Positions 49,813-61,214 of a stretch of DNA of 64,000 nt are shown piece by piece (the first letter of the stretch is position 1; every line of letters begins with the position of its first letter). The position numbers and the translations under genes are program-made. Source of the stretch: Octopus sinensis (Eukaryota). Location of the stretch: positions 182,776,001 through 182,840,000 of the forward strand of contig NC_042997.1 of assembly GCF_006345805.1 (NCBI RefSeq). The letters run 5' to 3'. The notes under the pieces were generated by a model. It had not been told where the DNA came from, searched no databases, and was given only the letters and a program-made list of their open reading frames with translations.

Positions 49813-52343
49813 TACAACCGTGTTTCGTGGTCTGCTACCACAACAGCTCCTTTATAGGATCCAGTTAGCTCAAGACATCATCAGGAGGAACCACGTCCGG
49901 TTTAGGCCCCTACTCCTCTACCGTTTTGACGTGGCGCCCCCCACCCCCCACTTTCGGAGGTGTCTTCAGCTCTGGTGTTGGGTGCATGTCTTCTTTCTTC
50001 TGTTCCCTGGCCTCTTCAATGTATCGTCAGCGAGTGTCAGCCGGTGACTGACTGTCTTGTCAAATTTCTCCCTTTAAATACCTGCCGCATAGGCTCCAGC
50101 AGGCAACCCCAGCAAGTTGTCACGTGACACTGTCTCACCTTAACTGACTAGTGAAGGCGCGTAGTTTTAGCCCGCGCTTTTTCTAAACGACCATCACCTG
50201 TCAGCAGGCAGACTCAGCAAGTTGTCATGTGACACTGACTCACCTTAACTGACTAGTGAAGGCGCGTAGTTTTAGCCCGCGCTTTTTCTAAACGACCATC
50301 ACCTGTCAGCAGGCAGACTCAGCAAGTTGTCATGTGACACTGACTCACCTTAACTGACTAGTGAAGGCGCGTAGTTTTAGCCCGCGCTTTTTCTAAACGA
50401 CCGTCACCTGTCAGTCAGCTTGTCTCACCGAATGATGTTATTTCCCACCGGCGTGTTTTATGGCTTTCAAGCCATTTTCGATCTTCCCGCTTCAGCCATA
50501 TATAGAAGCTGGCTTTTTCGACCGCCTCCTGTACTCTCCTTATTAGTTTACGCAGCTCGGGGCTAGAAAAAACAAATCTTCTTTTGAAAAGCGTTGTCAT
50601 TTTCTTTTCAATGAAGCCAGGTGATAATATTCGACATTCCATCCCTGTTCTCTACATTCTTCGATGAGCTTTTCATACCTCTTCTCCTTTCGTTCCTCTG
50701 CGTTGCCGATGTTCTCTTCCCGAGGTACTGTCAGTTCTAGTAAAATTCCTATTCTCCGGTCTCTGTTCCATAGAACTAAATCCGGTCTTTTTGTTGTTTT
50801 TATTAGTGAAAATACTACTTGTCTTTCCAAGTCCGGGGCCACCTCCCAGTATCCCTTCCATCTTTCGTCCATCGCGTATACTTTACTTCTAGGTCTGGTT
50901 TTATAACCTTTTCCCTCTTTGTGGAAGTATACTTTCCTGTGCTTTTCTACTTTTGGGTACTCTCCCCTATTGTACCTCTCGATCTTCTCCTTGAGTGTTG
51001 CGCTTATGACACCGAGGACTTGATTATGCCGCCATGTATATCTTTCAAGTGCTAGTCTGCAACTTGACAGAACATGTCTAACCGTCGCTTTCTCTCCGCA
51101 TCTACACTCATCGGTTTTGTTTATGTTCCACCGGACTAAGTTCGCCGGTGAGGGTAGAACGTCGAAGGTAGACTTGATCAGGAAGGATGTTCTTGCTTGT
51201 TCCCAAGCCCAAAGTTCCTTCCATGATATTCTGCGGTTGATCACATATTCCTCCCATCTCAGGCACTGTCCATGTTGACTGCATTGCACCAAATGTACAT
51301 TTTGCCTTTCTTCTTCCTCCTTTCTCACTTCGTATACCACTGCCTCTTTCATCTCTTTTACACTGCTCTTGCAAAATGGCCTGAAATTTTGCGACCCTAT
51401 GCCGGTTCTAGCTTCTTGCGTCGCTCCGACTATATCTGCGTACTTTAGTTTTCCGATCGCCCTGTTTACTGCCTCTTCCGTCTTCCATTTCCTCCCTGTT
51501 CGTACCTTTGGAGGGTTTTCCCGGATGCTTTGATCTTTTGAATACCTTAGCATCATTACTGTCCTTGCCTTTCCTGCCTTATATTCTTCGGCGATTGATG
51601 TTATTGGTAGTTGCAGCTCGAGTTTTCCATATAGTGCAGTTGTATTCAGTGGTTTCGGCAGACCAAGCCATTTTCTGATAAACACACTGCATCTTTGCTC
51701 CATCATTTCTACTCTACTCGAGACCATTTCGTACATTTGCAATGGCCACATTATTCTTGGGTACAGCCCAAATTGCAGTATCCAACACTTGAATTTTCCC
51801 GGCAGCGTTGTTCTGTCAATTGCCTTTAATCCTTGTTCTACTAACTCGTGTGTTTCTTTCCCTTGCTTCTTATCATTCAATAAATCTCTATACCATCTAC
51901 CGAGACTCTTTACTGGTTGTTCTTTCACCGTTGGTATGTCTTCACTTCCTATCTTGAATTTCACTTCTTGCCTTCCTTTCACGAAAGCCACGCTTCGAGA
52001 TCTTTTGGCTTTGAATTTCATCCTTGCCCATCCTATCAGTTCGTCCAACCGCTCTAGCGTTCCCTCTGCTGCTTCTCTACTTTCCGATAATATAGTTATG
52101 TCGTCCATAAAAGCCCTTAATTGTGTCTTTGTAACAGCTTTCTCACAGTTTGTAGATCTGAGTAGCATATCCGTGACTAGCACGAATAAGATGACTGATA
52201 TCGTGCATCCGGCTGCAATACCTATTTCAAGCCGTTGCCACTCCGTTGTGAACTTTCCTGCTGTAAATCTCATCCTCAGGTTGTCGTAGTATGACATGAG
52301 CATTCGTTGAACATATTTTGGAATCCAAAAGAAGTCCATCGAC
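49813..52343 (-). mobile_element. HERO-type (RLE) non-LTR retrotransposon, 5'-truncated
   Basis: WQRLEIGIAAGCTISVILF, FMDD, CRCGE..TVRHVLSSC, RHNQVL, RPDLVLW, LLELTVP.EE..AEERK..RY. Confidence 0.88.
50111..50414. repeat. 105-bp tandem repeat x about 2.9 in the HERO 3' UTR
   Basis: Units start at 50111, 50216 and 50321 and are nearly identical. Confidence 0.95.
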
Positions 52344-52438
52344 TTTGGTCCTTCAGTTAGATATAGGCATGTGCCATAATTTCTTCTTCCGCGTTTTTTG
52401 TCACTGTTGGATTGGAGATTTATGTATTTTTGATCCAA
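50597..52438 (-). CDS. 613-aa ORF: HERO RT (C-terminal half) + CCHC + RLE, fused in frame to a Penelope-derived N-terminus; C-terminus frameshifted into 50415-50642
   Basis: ORF track plus motifs above. Confidence 0.7.
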   Translation of the reverse strand: MDQKYINLQSNSDKKRGRRNYGTCLYLTEGPKSMDFFWIPKYVQRMLMSYYDNLRMRFTAGKFTTEWQRLEIGIAAGCTISVILFVLVTDMLLRSTNCEKAVTKTQLRAFMDDITILSESREAAEGTLERLDELIGWARMKFKAKRSRSVAFVKGRQEVKFKIGSEDIPTVKEQPVKSLGRWYRDLLNDKKQGKETHELVEQGLKAIDRTTLPGKFKCWILQFGLYPRIMWPLQMYEMVSSRVEMMEQRCSVFIRKWLGLPKPLNTTALYGKLELQLPITSIAEEYKAGKARTVMMLRYSKDQSIRENPPKVRTGRKWKTEEAVNRAIGKLKYADIVGATQEARTGIGSQNFRPFCKSSVKEMKEAVVYEVRKEEEERQNVHLVQCSQHGQCLRWEEYVINRRISWKELWAWEQARTSFLIKSTFDVLPSPANLVRWNINKTDECRCGEKATVRHVLSSCRLALERYTWRHNQVLGVISATLKEKIERYNRGEYPKVEKHRKVYFHKEGKGYKTRPRSKVYAMDERWKGYWEVAPDLERQVVFSLIKTTKRPDLVLWNRDRRIGILLELTVPREENIGNAEERKEKRYEKLIEECREQGWNVEYYHLASLKRK

Positions 52439-53114
52439 TCAGAATGTGGTTTAGGGTTTGGGGATGTCTTTTGCTTTTGATGATTTGATGTGCTTCCAGA
52501 ATCATTTTGATTTTTTTCAACATCAAATAGAATGGGGAGGTTTTTATGGATGTGGTCGAATGTTTTGATGCTTCTGGGGTTGAAGGTTGACATGTATGAT
52601 GAATATTTTCCCTTGTTTTTTTTTTTTTGGGGGGGGGGGGTTCCTAAGTTCTTGGACATTAATATGTTTTGCTCAATCTATTCATTTGGGGATTGTGCCA
52701 AGTAGGAATTCTATTTCGATAGGTATATTCTTCAATTCATCCAATCTTTATTCACGTTTAGATGGGCCTGATACTATTGGGTATATTTGCTTTGCTAGGT
52801 TAAAGGGTATGTTCAATGTGTCTTGGGGAACATGATGTGAAAAGCAGGTAGTGCATGGAGTCCGTGGGTTTATAGAACATGTCCTTGTCTATTCTTCCAT
52901 CCGTGTTTGCAATTAAAATATATAGAAAGGCAAGTTTCCTGGGATTAAATTCCATTGTGAATTGGATGTTGTGGCTTGGGTTGCTCAGCATATTTTTGAA
53001 TTGTGAGTGTACCAAAGTTTTCCTGGCATAAGATAAAACAATGATCTAGGTAACTTTTCCAATTATTTTTAAAAGTTGTTTATGAACTGTCTCCATAACC
53101 TACACACGCACGCG

Positions 53115-53153
<39 letters not shown>

Positions 53154-53339
53154 GAACATATTCTGAAAAGAAAAGAAATCTAGAATTAAATTCAAAAGAA
53201 ATCTTTTTCAATAGAATTTTTGACACCTGACCTCTTGAAATCCATGTGTGTATGTCTGTCTCTTTGTGTCTGTATGTGTACGTCTCTGCTTGTGTGTGTG
53301 GGGGTGTATGTGTGTGTGTGTGCGTGCGCTTAGATTCAT

Positions 53340-54990
53340 ACTAGAGGAAATGAAAAAAATTACCGCACTTCGCCAAAACTGTTTTTGGGTTGGTCGTACT
53401 ACCTTCAACGCTCTCGTGCTAAAAGACCTGCGTAATGCTCGATGAGGGAGCAGGACACCAGTCAACCTTCCCCACTGATCACCCTAGAAGCGTTTGCCTA
53501 TTTTCCAATATTTGGATAACTCAAAAGGCTTTCTTTTGTTTAGAGAGACGGTTCGGTTGACCAGAACGACCACTGAAGCGACCATTGAAAAGTTAGTATT
53601 TTCTCAGCAAATTAGTCATGGTTTTACATACGAAATCATCTACAAGCTTCGCTTCTGTAAAGCCTATGCGAAATGGGAGCCAAGAGAGCTTGCCGAAGTA
53701 TATAAGCGCAGACGCGTAGAGATATGTCAATGTTTATTCGATCTCTACAACCATAAAGGTAGAGCCTTTTTGGAGAGAATAGCCACAGGAGATGAGACCT
53801 GGGTCCATCATTTTGTGCTGGAATCCAAAAGGCAGAGTATAGAGTGGAAACACCCAAAATCGCTAGCGAAAATGAAATTCATGACTTGACTGCGCAGAAA
53901 AAGTGATGCTAACTGATTTATAGATGGTCGTAGTCACCGTTATAGATAGTGGGTCGCGGTGCGTGTAGTGTGACCATCTAAACGTCTCATATCAGAAGGC
54001 TGAAATAATACATATGATGTGCCAATTGGAAAAGAAAGACACAACCGAGTAGGTTTGCAGAAAATTTATTCATATATTTACGTGTATGGGTTGTATGTTG
54101 GCTGTTAAGCATGGTGAAGTGGTTCGCGAACAGCGCTATGTTAGAACCTGTGCAACATTGCTGGTGCTGTGTACGTAGAGGCGTTGTTGGTATCGTTGGT
54201 GAGAGACATGATGGTGGCGACAAAGCTGGAGGTCGCTGTGATGTTGTTGGACGGGTGTTGTCTGGCGTCGTCACTGGAACTGGCTGTCGTGTAGTCAGTG
54301 GCTAGACCAACAGACTTTGAGACAAGGAGAAGTTGAGTTTTTATAGATAATGGTAGGCTCAAAATTGGAGTTGAGAACAGACTGTCTCACGTGATTTATT
54401 TGGAGGCTGCGATTGGTTGGGTTGCATATTGGTGCGCGATAGAGTAAGAGATAAATTGCGCCAATACCAACTAATCAGAGTAATGGACACAAAGGAGCCT
54501 AAACAGCCTCCAAAGGTTAGCTATTATCTCTACGTTCGAATGTATGTGTATATAATAGATAGAGGAAGTTCACTAGAGTTCGCTATATATTTTTAGGCTG
54601 CAAAAGGGCCTATACTGGAACATTACGTGGAACATTATCTGGAAACTAGTCTAAACTACTGTGAAATACTAGCCAACAAATTGAAACCAGCAATTTGCAC
54701 CAAATGCTGAGGTCTATTGTCAAAGCAAGTGTTATTGTTACACAATAGACGCCCACATACGGCCACCTACACCTTTGAAACCATTGAAAAATTTGGGTTT
54801 CGAGTTGCTAGAACGGCCTGCATACAATCTAGACCTCACCACTTCCGACTATCTCTTTTTTGGACCGTTCAAACATCCTCTACGATGTTGTCGACTTACT
54901 TCGGACAACGAAGAGGAGGAAATAGATGCATAGATGGCCGCGTGATCGGCCGAAAACCATCTTCTCCGATGATATAAACAAGCTAACGGT
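53340..54990 (+). mobile_element. Degenerate mariner transposon with an internal insertion
   Basis: AKWEPREL, IATGDETWVHHF..ESKRQSIEWKHP, KVMLT, VLLLHN.RPHTA. Confidence 0.85.
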
Positions 54991-55252
54991 CATTAAATTA
55001 GATTTAAATTATCATATTTAAACTGCAGTTTGATGCAAGTTACAGGGATCCTACAAGCGTTGCGAAAGTAGGGAGTTAATTAATCTTGCCGTAAAGCGAA
55101 GTACTGTTAAGCGAAGTTAATTTTCCCACTGATTTTCATATTATAAAGTGATAATGCGTCCTGAAAGATACTTTCGAAAAAATAACAATAAAATAAAAAC
55201 CAGAAACACGATCACTTTTATGCATAAAAATAATTTCTAAACATATAGAGTA

Positions 55253-55582
55253 TCTCTCTATATAAACAGCAAAATATCTGTGTGCGTGTCCTTTATACAA
55301 ATCCACAATTTTTCAGTTAGAGGGCTCACACTTTTTATGGTCATTCAAAACCGTCCAAGGGTGGTCGTGCACATCTTTACATTTCCCCAATCACCCCGCA
55401 AAGCCTTTAAAAAATCAATAGAAGTGACTTACTTGTGAATTTTCTATCCAAAACCCAATCAAAATGCCTGAAACTGTATGTGATGGGTCGGAGATTTGAA
55501 CAGTACTCGCGTGTATGTGCGCACGCAGCTGTATATGCATGCACTAGCACTATGACCCGGCGTTGCCGAGTCATAGTGCTAG
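55253..55582 (+). mobile_element. Non-autonomous Helitron-like element
   Basis: A|TC 5' end, CTAG|T 3' end, terminal palindrome ACTAGCACTATGACCCGGC-GTT-GCCGAGTCATAGTGCTAGT. Confidence 0.7.
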
Positions 55583-56949
55583 TAATATATATAAATATAA
55601 ACGCATTAAGTGAAATACGTCAGGAAATAAATATGTTTTGCAATATAGTAGGATATGTAGTTACCACAAAAGATGTTGACTTCTGTCTGAGGGGTGGTGG
55701 TGGAATGAGAGTTACTGGGAGGATGAGAAATACTATCTTCTATCTTACAGCTCATCATTATCAACGTCTACGTGAGGGGAGGAGAATTTATCCAAATTTG
55801 TTTAATGTTTATAGTGTCAGCACTTTGTACAGTTCAGTGTAAGAACTGAGCTCATTGTAAATTACTCTTGTAATTTTTAAACAATGACACGAGTCATTGT
55901 TCCAACTTAATTCTAATTAGTTGTAGAGTACTCCCATTGAAAAATTCCTCAACTAGACAAATTAAAACGTACTTTACACGTCTAGCTACAATAAACAAAC
56001 ACACATCTGTACACTTATACACACATGCATATTCTCTACCGAGGTGTCATGTTCTCGACAACGCTAAAAGATTCTCACAAACATCATACTTTACAGAATG
56101 TATGGGATGGGCTTTTTCACAACACCAGCACTTGAGAGGTAGCCATAACCTTGTATTATGACTAAAGGAACCTCACAATCATATGTCCACCTCTTTATTG
56201 AACAAAAAGCATGAATGATGAAGGCATTAATGACAGCAATGAGAAGAATGTGAGACAATTGATTGAATGGTAGTGCACTCAGGAGTTTGAGATAGGTACC
56301 TATATTCAAGGAAATATGATTGAGATGGCAGGAAGTTGATAGAACCTGTGTTACTTCTCTGCAGTGACTCCACCCCCTGTGATCCAGGGGTGACTTTGAG
56401 ACAGCAGAGGCCCAGGAGAAAAGAAATAAGAGTGTGCAGGCAGACAAAGTGACATGCTGGGTGACAAGCAATACAGGAAGGGAAAGTGAAGATAGAATGA
56501 ATTGGACACAATATATAGAAAGAGTCTGAAAAATACCAGTTATATTTTTAAAAAAACATTTTAACCAACTGCATTATCAAATCTTCAGAGATTACATAAC
56601 TCTTATTTGCAATCTTTATGTCTAGAATGAATACTAAAGATTACTAAGAGAGTTATGTATTCTCTGAAGATTTTACAATACAATCAACTGATAAAGCTTC
56701 CTTATATAACTGGCATTTCTCATTGGTAATGAAACATGCATAAGATGACATAACTAAATATTTATGGATAAACTCTTCTGTTTTATTTTACTTCTGTTGC
56801 ACATAACAAATTTTTATTCAGCCTACTGGTTAATAGCGACATCAGTGGTCTTTCAATCATTGTTTTACTTTATCAGTAACAGCCAATTTTGTTTTAGCAT
56901 CGGTTTGCCAGTGGGTACTGGCTAAAGAAGCAGACATGTGCATTTAGCA

Positions 56950-57830
56950 ATGCCACCAACTTTTCTGGACGATTTCCATCTGCTACTGGTATAATTCTGT
57001 TTTTTTGACACTATACTTCAATAAGAGGATTGCTAGGAATCCATCAAGGCCAGAATCTGAGTTTACATCTACCAAATCTATGGCCAGTATTACATCTTTT
57101 TTTATGTTGATTCCTTCCTTTTTATATCTGTATGGTTAAGAATTCTACAGGTTTGCTGACTTGCATGTGCCATAAGGGTTGGGGTGAAAACACTTAAGAA
57201 GTCTTCATTTAATGTTTCACTTATCCTCACTGGATTTCCCATGATAGAACCACCTCTTTGCAGGAGTGGAACTACCCTGCAACACACAGAGATAGTTTCT
57301 TTAGCATACTTAAAGAATGCTTTAGGCTTGATTTTATATTCTCTATCATCCAAGTTTCTTTGTCTGCTCTCTCTTTTCATGAGAACATTTCAGATTTTTC
57401 TCAATCTCCAGCAGTGTTGTTTGCAAGCAGGATTTTTCACTACTATTGGGTTCTCTATTTAGGAAGATTGTAGTCTTTGTATGCCATCTCATAAGAACTT
57501 TCCTCTTCCTGGAAATTTTTTCTTGTGGTGGCTTTTCTTTCTGGGACAAACTTATAGTATATGGCTTGCATTATAGCCATGAATTCTTTGAGGTTCATGT
57601 TGATGTCAGGTGTAGAGAGACATTGGGGCCAATCTTGTTTGATGATCTCTTTTTCTACTGACTTCCAGTCTGTTTTATGGAAGTTCAGATTGCATAGATT
57701 TAGGGTGCTTCTCATAAGCTACATGTCTGCTGACTCCTTTGGTCCATACATAATCAGCTCAATTATATTGTGATCTGAAATTAGTGTCGGTGTCACTTTC
57801 TCATTATGGATGAGATCCATATTGTTTGTG
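56950..57830 (-). mobile_element. Degenerate CR1-like LINE ORF2 fragment
   Basis: SDHNIIE, LNFHKTDW, KPKAFFKYAK, SETLNEDFLSVFT motifs. Confidence 0.7.
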
Positions 57831-58885
57831 CTCATACTAGTATCTAACTATTGTGTCTCTTCATATTTCATTCCCCTTATACACCTTGCAGGAGAGTCAT
57901 AGAATTTTTACAGAATGATTTACTATTTATGTTGTACTAATAACTTCTTGAAAGGACAAAAATCTGAAAGCTAGCTACCTGTAGGACTTGAACAACACAT
58001 TTTCTATAATCATGACAGACATGAAAAAGTCTGTTTCTAAATGGAAATATGAAGCAGCTGACTTTCCCTGTTCGTTGGTTATAATGGAGACAGGTTCATG
58101 TGTCAAAAAGCTAGCTAGAGGCAATGGCCTCTTGGAGCTATTCAACAACAGCTTTCATCCTATATTTATGGACTGCCATATTAGCTTGGCTATAACTATT
58201 AATTTATTTTCTCATTTTTAAGATTAAAACATCTAACTTGATGGAAAAGATACTGAAAGTTATTTTGGTGCAATTAGTAGCACACCTGTCAAGCTTACAT
58301 GTATGTTCAAGTCAATGCATGATTTGGGTAGCTTTCAGCCTCTTTTCCATTATGGAGTTTTTAACTCAATATGTTATGAGCTATTATTTATAACTGTATT
58401 GCTTCAAAATACACCATTAAATGACTTATTGACTATATTAATTTAAACTTGATATTTGTGCTATAGTTTCGCTAAAGTAAAAGTAGAGACAGTGCACAAT
58501 AAAATGTTTCTCATCTGTTTAAGAATTTCAATTCGATGTAATATAATAGGATTTTATATCTTTAATATATTACAGATAATCTTATTCATTCAACCAATTT
58601 AATTTATATGAAAAATAATTATTAAACTCAATTATTGCATATCAAGTTAATGCATCAAATCAGAATAATTAAATGGCAAATCTCTTAATTAACATCTAAC
58701 AAAAATGAAATAAATCTACCCATTTAGCATTGCCATTCAATTTGATAATTGCAACTTATTTAATTTAAAATCTGTTGGAGTTTAAAGGTATTCTGAGTAT
58801 TGAATCAACCTTAAAAATGTAGTCATTCGTAATGTACAGTAGAGTATAGCACAGTAATAATAAAGCCTATGAATAATTACTGGAG

Positions 58886-59365
58886 TGTCCACTTAACTGT
58901 AACTGCAGTGGACTGTTGTTCTGTTCAGGGGTAATGTTGGTCTGCATGTCTAACCAGAAGTGGGGTGGGGACGGGCAACATTTGAGAGCTAAAACAATAC
59001 AAGGAAGTGTAGTAATTATTAGATTGTCCACTTAACTGTAACTGCAGTGGACTGTTGTTCTGTTCAGGTGTAATGTTGGCCTGCATGTCTAACTAGAAGT
59101 GGAATGGGGACGGGCATCATTTGAGAGCTAAAACAATACAAAGAAGTGTAGTGCAACCAGTGATGTGTCACAACATCTGATAGTCTGGTTGATGCAGTGA
59201 ATATGAACTCACACAAGCACAAATTGACTGATTACTATGATATCTTCACCGCATCCTCACCACATCAGTTTTATAAGATTGTAAGACTGTATTGAGTGAG
59301 CATCCCAAACCGTCAGACCTCAGTCAAATCGTCCAACTCATGCTAGCATGGAAAGCGGACGTTAA
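58886..59365 (+). mobile_element. LINE/SINE 3' remnant with a 139-bp tandem duplication and (GAT)n tail
   Basis: 58886-59010 duplicated at 59025-59150; CATGGAAAGCGGACGTTAAATGATGATG tail. Confidence 0.5.
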
Positions 59366-59555
59366 ATGATGATGGTGATGATGGTGATGATGGTGATGAT
59401 GATGATGATGATGGTGATGGTGGTGATGGTGATGGTGATGATGGTGTTGATGGTGATGATGATGGTGGTGATGGTGGTGATGGTGGTGGTGGTGGTGGTG
59501 GTGGTGGTGGTGATGATGGTGGTGGTGATGGTGATTATGATAATGATGATGATGT
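59366..59555. repeat. (GAT/GGT)n microsatellite
   Basis: Direct reading. Confidence 0.95.
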
Positions 59556-59559
59556 ACTA

Positions 59560-60120
59560 AATAGCAGAAAGACTGAAGATTATGGAAGCGTCTTTGAGAA
59601 TGGGTTCTGTTAAGCAAACGCATGAAATTCTTGAAGTCAAGTTTCCAGATAAAGGCTTACCAGCAAAGAGAACAATACAAATGTTGGTTAAAAAGTGGCA
59701 CATTATAGGGTTAGTGTACACCACCCCAGAGCAAAGGGACCTTACAGTTCAAATGCCAGAAGTTGTCCAGGTCATTCACCAAAGAATTACTCAAAGACTA
59801 AAGAAGTCAACATGTAAATTGGCACAGGCGTCTCACATAAGCTGGCGGTCATGCCAGTGGGTGTTGAAAAGTCTAAAACAATGCACACATAGTAGAGGAA
59901 CTGAAAGAATACCACACATGCAGTCTCTGCCATTAATACCATTATTTTACACCAGATGTACCTAAACATGGTTAGACCTGCACAGCTGTGTATCGATACT
60001 GCAGGGAACCAGTTTCAAAATCTTCAATAATAGTGAGTCCTTTCCTGCACTTGTAAATTTACTTCTGTTTATACACTTTGCTATGGAAGCTGGGCTGCTT
60101 TTTTGTGTGCCACCCTGTAT
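59560..60120 (+). mobile_element. Tc1/mariner-type transposase N-terminal remnant
   Basis: P.KRTIQMLVKKW..G.V...S.KLA....IS.RS..WVLK (HTH); CACCCTGTA terminus near 60118. Confidence 0.55.
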
Positions 60121-60689
60121 ATTTCCAACACCCTGGGAAATCCTTTTTCATCCCATTTATATTCACATCATCATACCTTGAGAGTATGCCATGGCACATT
60201 TCCACGATCTCACTCTCTCCCCCTCTCTCTCCCTCTCTCTCTCTCCATCTCACTCATTCTCTCTCTCTCTCTCTGACTGAGGTAACCATGTAACACTTGT
60301 TTCTGTCCCTTTGTCATTCTCAAACCTCACATCACCTGGTACACCACCCTCCTCTCAAAGGATCTTTGTCTTGCAAGTTACTTGATGATCTTTCCCAGTA
60401 CTGGTTCCACATAAAAAAAGCATCCAGTCCACTCTGTAAAATGGTTGGCATTTGGAAGGACATCCAGCTGTAAAATCCATGCGAAAACAGAGAATAGAGC
60501 TTGGTGCAGCCCTCTGGTTTGCCAGCTTTTGTCAGCATCAAAGATGGATATTAAATCATGATGATGATGATGCCAACATCAAAGATGGATATTAAATCAT
60601 GATGATGATGATGTTGATGATGATACATAAATATTTATTTATATACATATACATATACATACATACATATATATATGTATGTATGTATG

Positions 60690-60774
<85 letters not shown>

Positions 60775-60775
<1 letters not shown>

Positions 60776-61214
60776 TGGGTTGTCCGGAAAGTTTGTGCCG
60801 ATTTTTAAAGGAAAGAAAAAGGTCAATAAATACTTGCCATTACATTTTTAATCAACCAAGTATGAACCATTTTGTTGCACAATGCGTCTCCATCTTTCCT
60901 TTAACTTGAAGATACCCTCTTCCCAGAATTGAGGTGGTTTCATGGCAAACAATTCATCAAGATATCATTTTATGTCATCCAAGGAATTGAAATTTTTACC
61001 ATTAAGACCTGAGACCTGAATAAGTGAACATCTGAAGGAGCAATATCTGATGAATATGGAAGGTGGGGTAACACATCCCAGAGCTGCAGCAATTTTTGTC
61101 TGGTTCCCAAAGCATCAAGTGCCGAAAATGAACTTTCTTATCTTCCATTTTAAAGGATTACAGAGTCAAAAGGTAAGCTACTATAAATCGGCACGATCTT
61201 TCCAGACAACCCAA
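60775..61214 (-). mobile_element. Mariner-derived non-autonomous element in (TA)n
   Basis: TIRs TTGGGTTGTCCGGAAAG..TGCCGATTT / AAATCGGCAC..CTTTCCAGACAACCCAA; internal SDIAPSDVHLF remnant on -. Confidence 0.85.

Larger units (their letters stand above)
49013..53095 (-). mobile_element. Penelope-like element (RT + GIY-YIG remnants, inverted terminal structure), interrupted by a HERO LINE
   Basis: RYLD.CFI, IQFTME, FYKPTDSMHYL.F.SC.P.H (52800-53060); GRRNYGTC zinc linker; NFTCNSENLINVITC.GC...IGQTG.SLRKRM.IHRQQ (49640-49790); inverted arms 49013-49177 / 49271-49433. Confidence 0.8.

Noticed and set aside
50111-50414. CRISPR-like array next to an RT gene
   Set aside because: Whole 105-bp units are near-identical with no variable spacers; part of a LINE 3' UTR
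59324-59623. Poly-His protein ORF
   Set aside because: Translation of a (GAT/GGT)n retroelement tail
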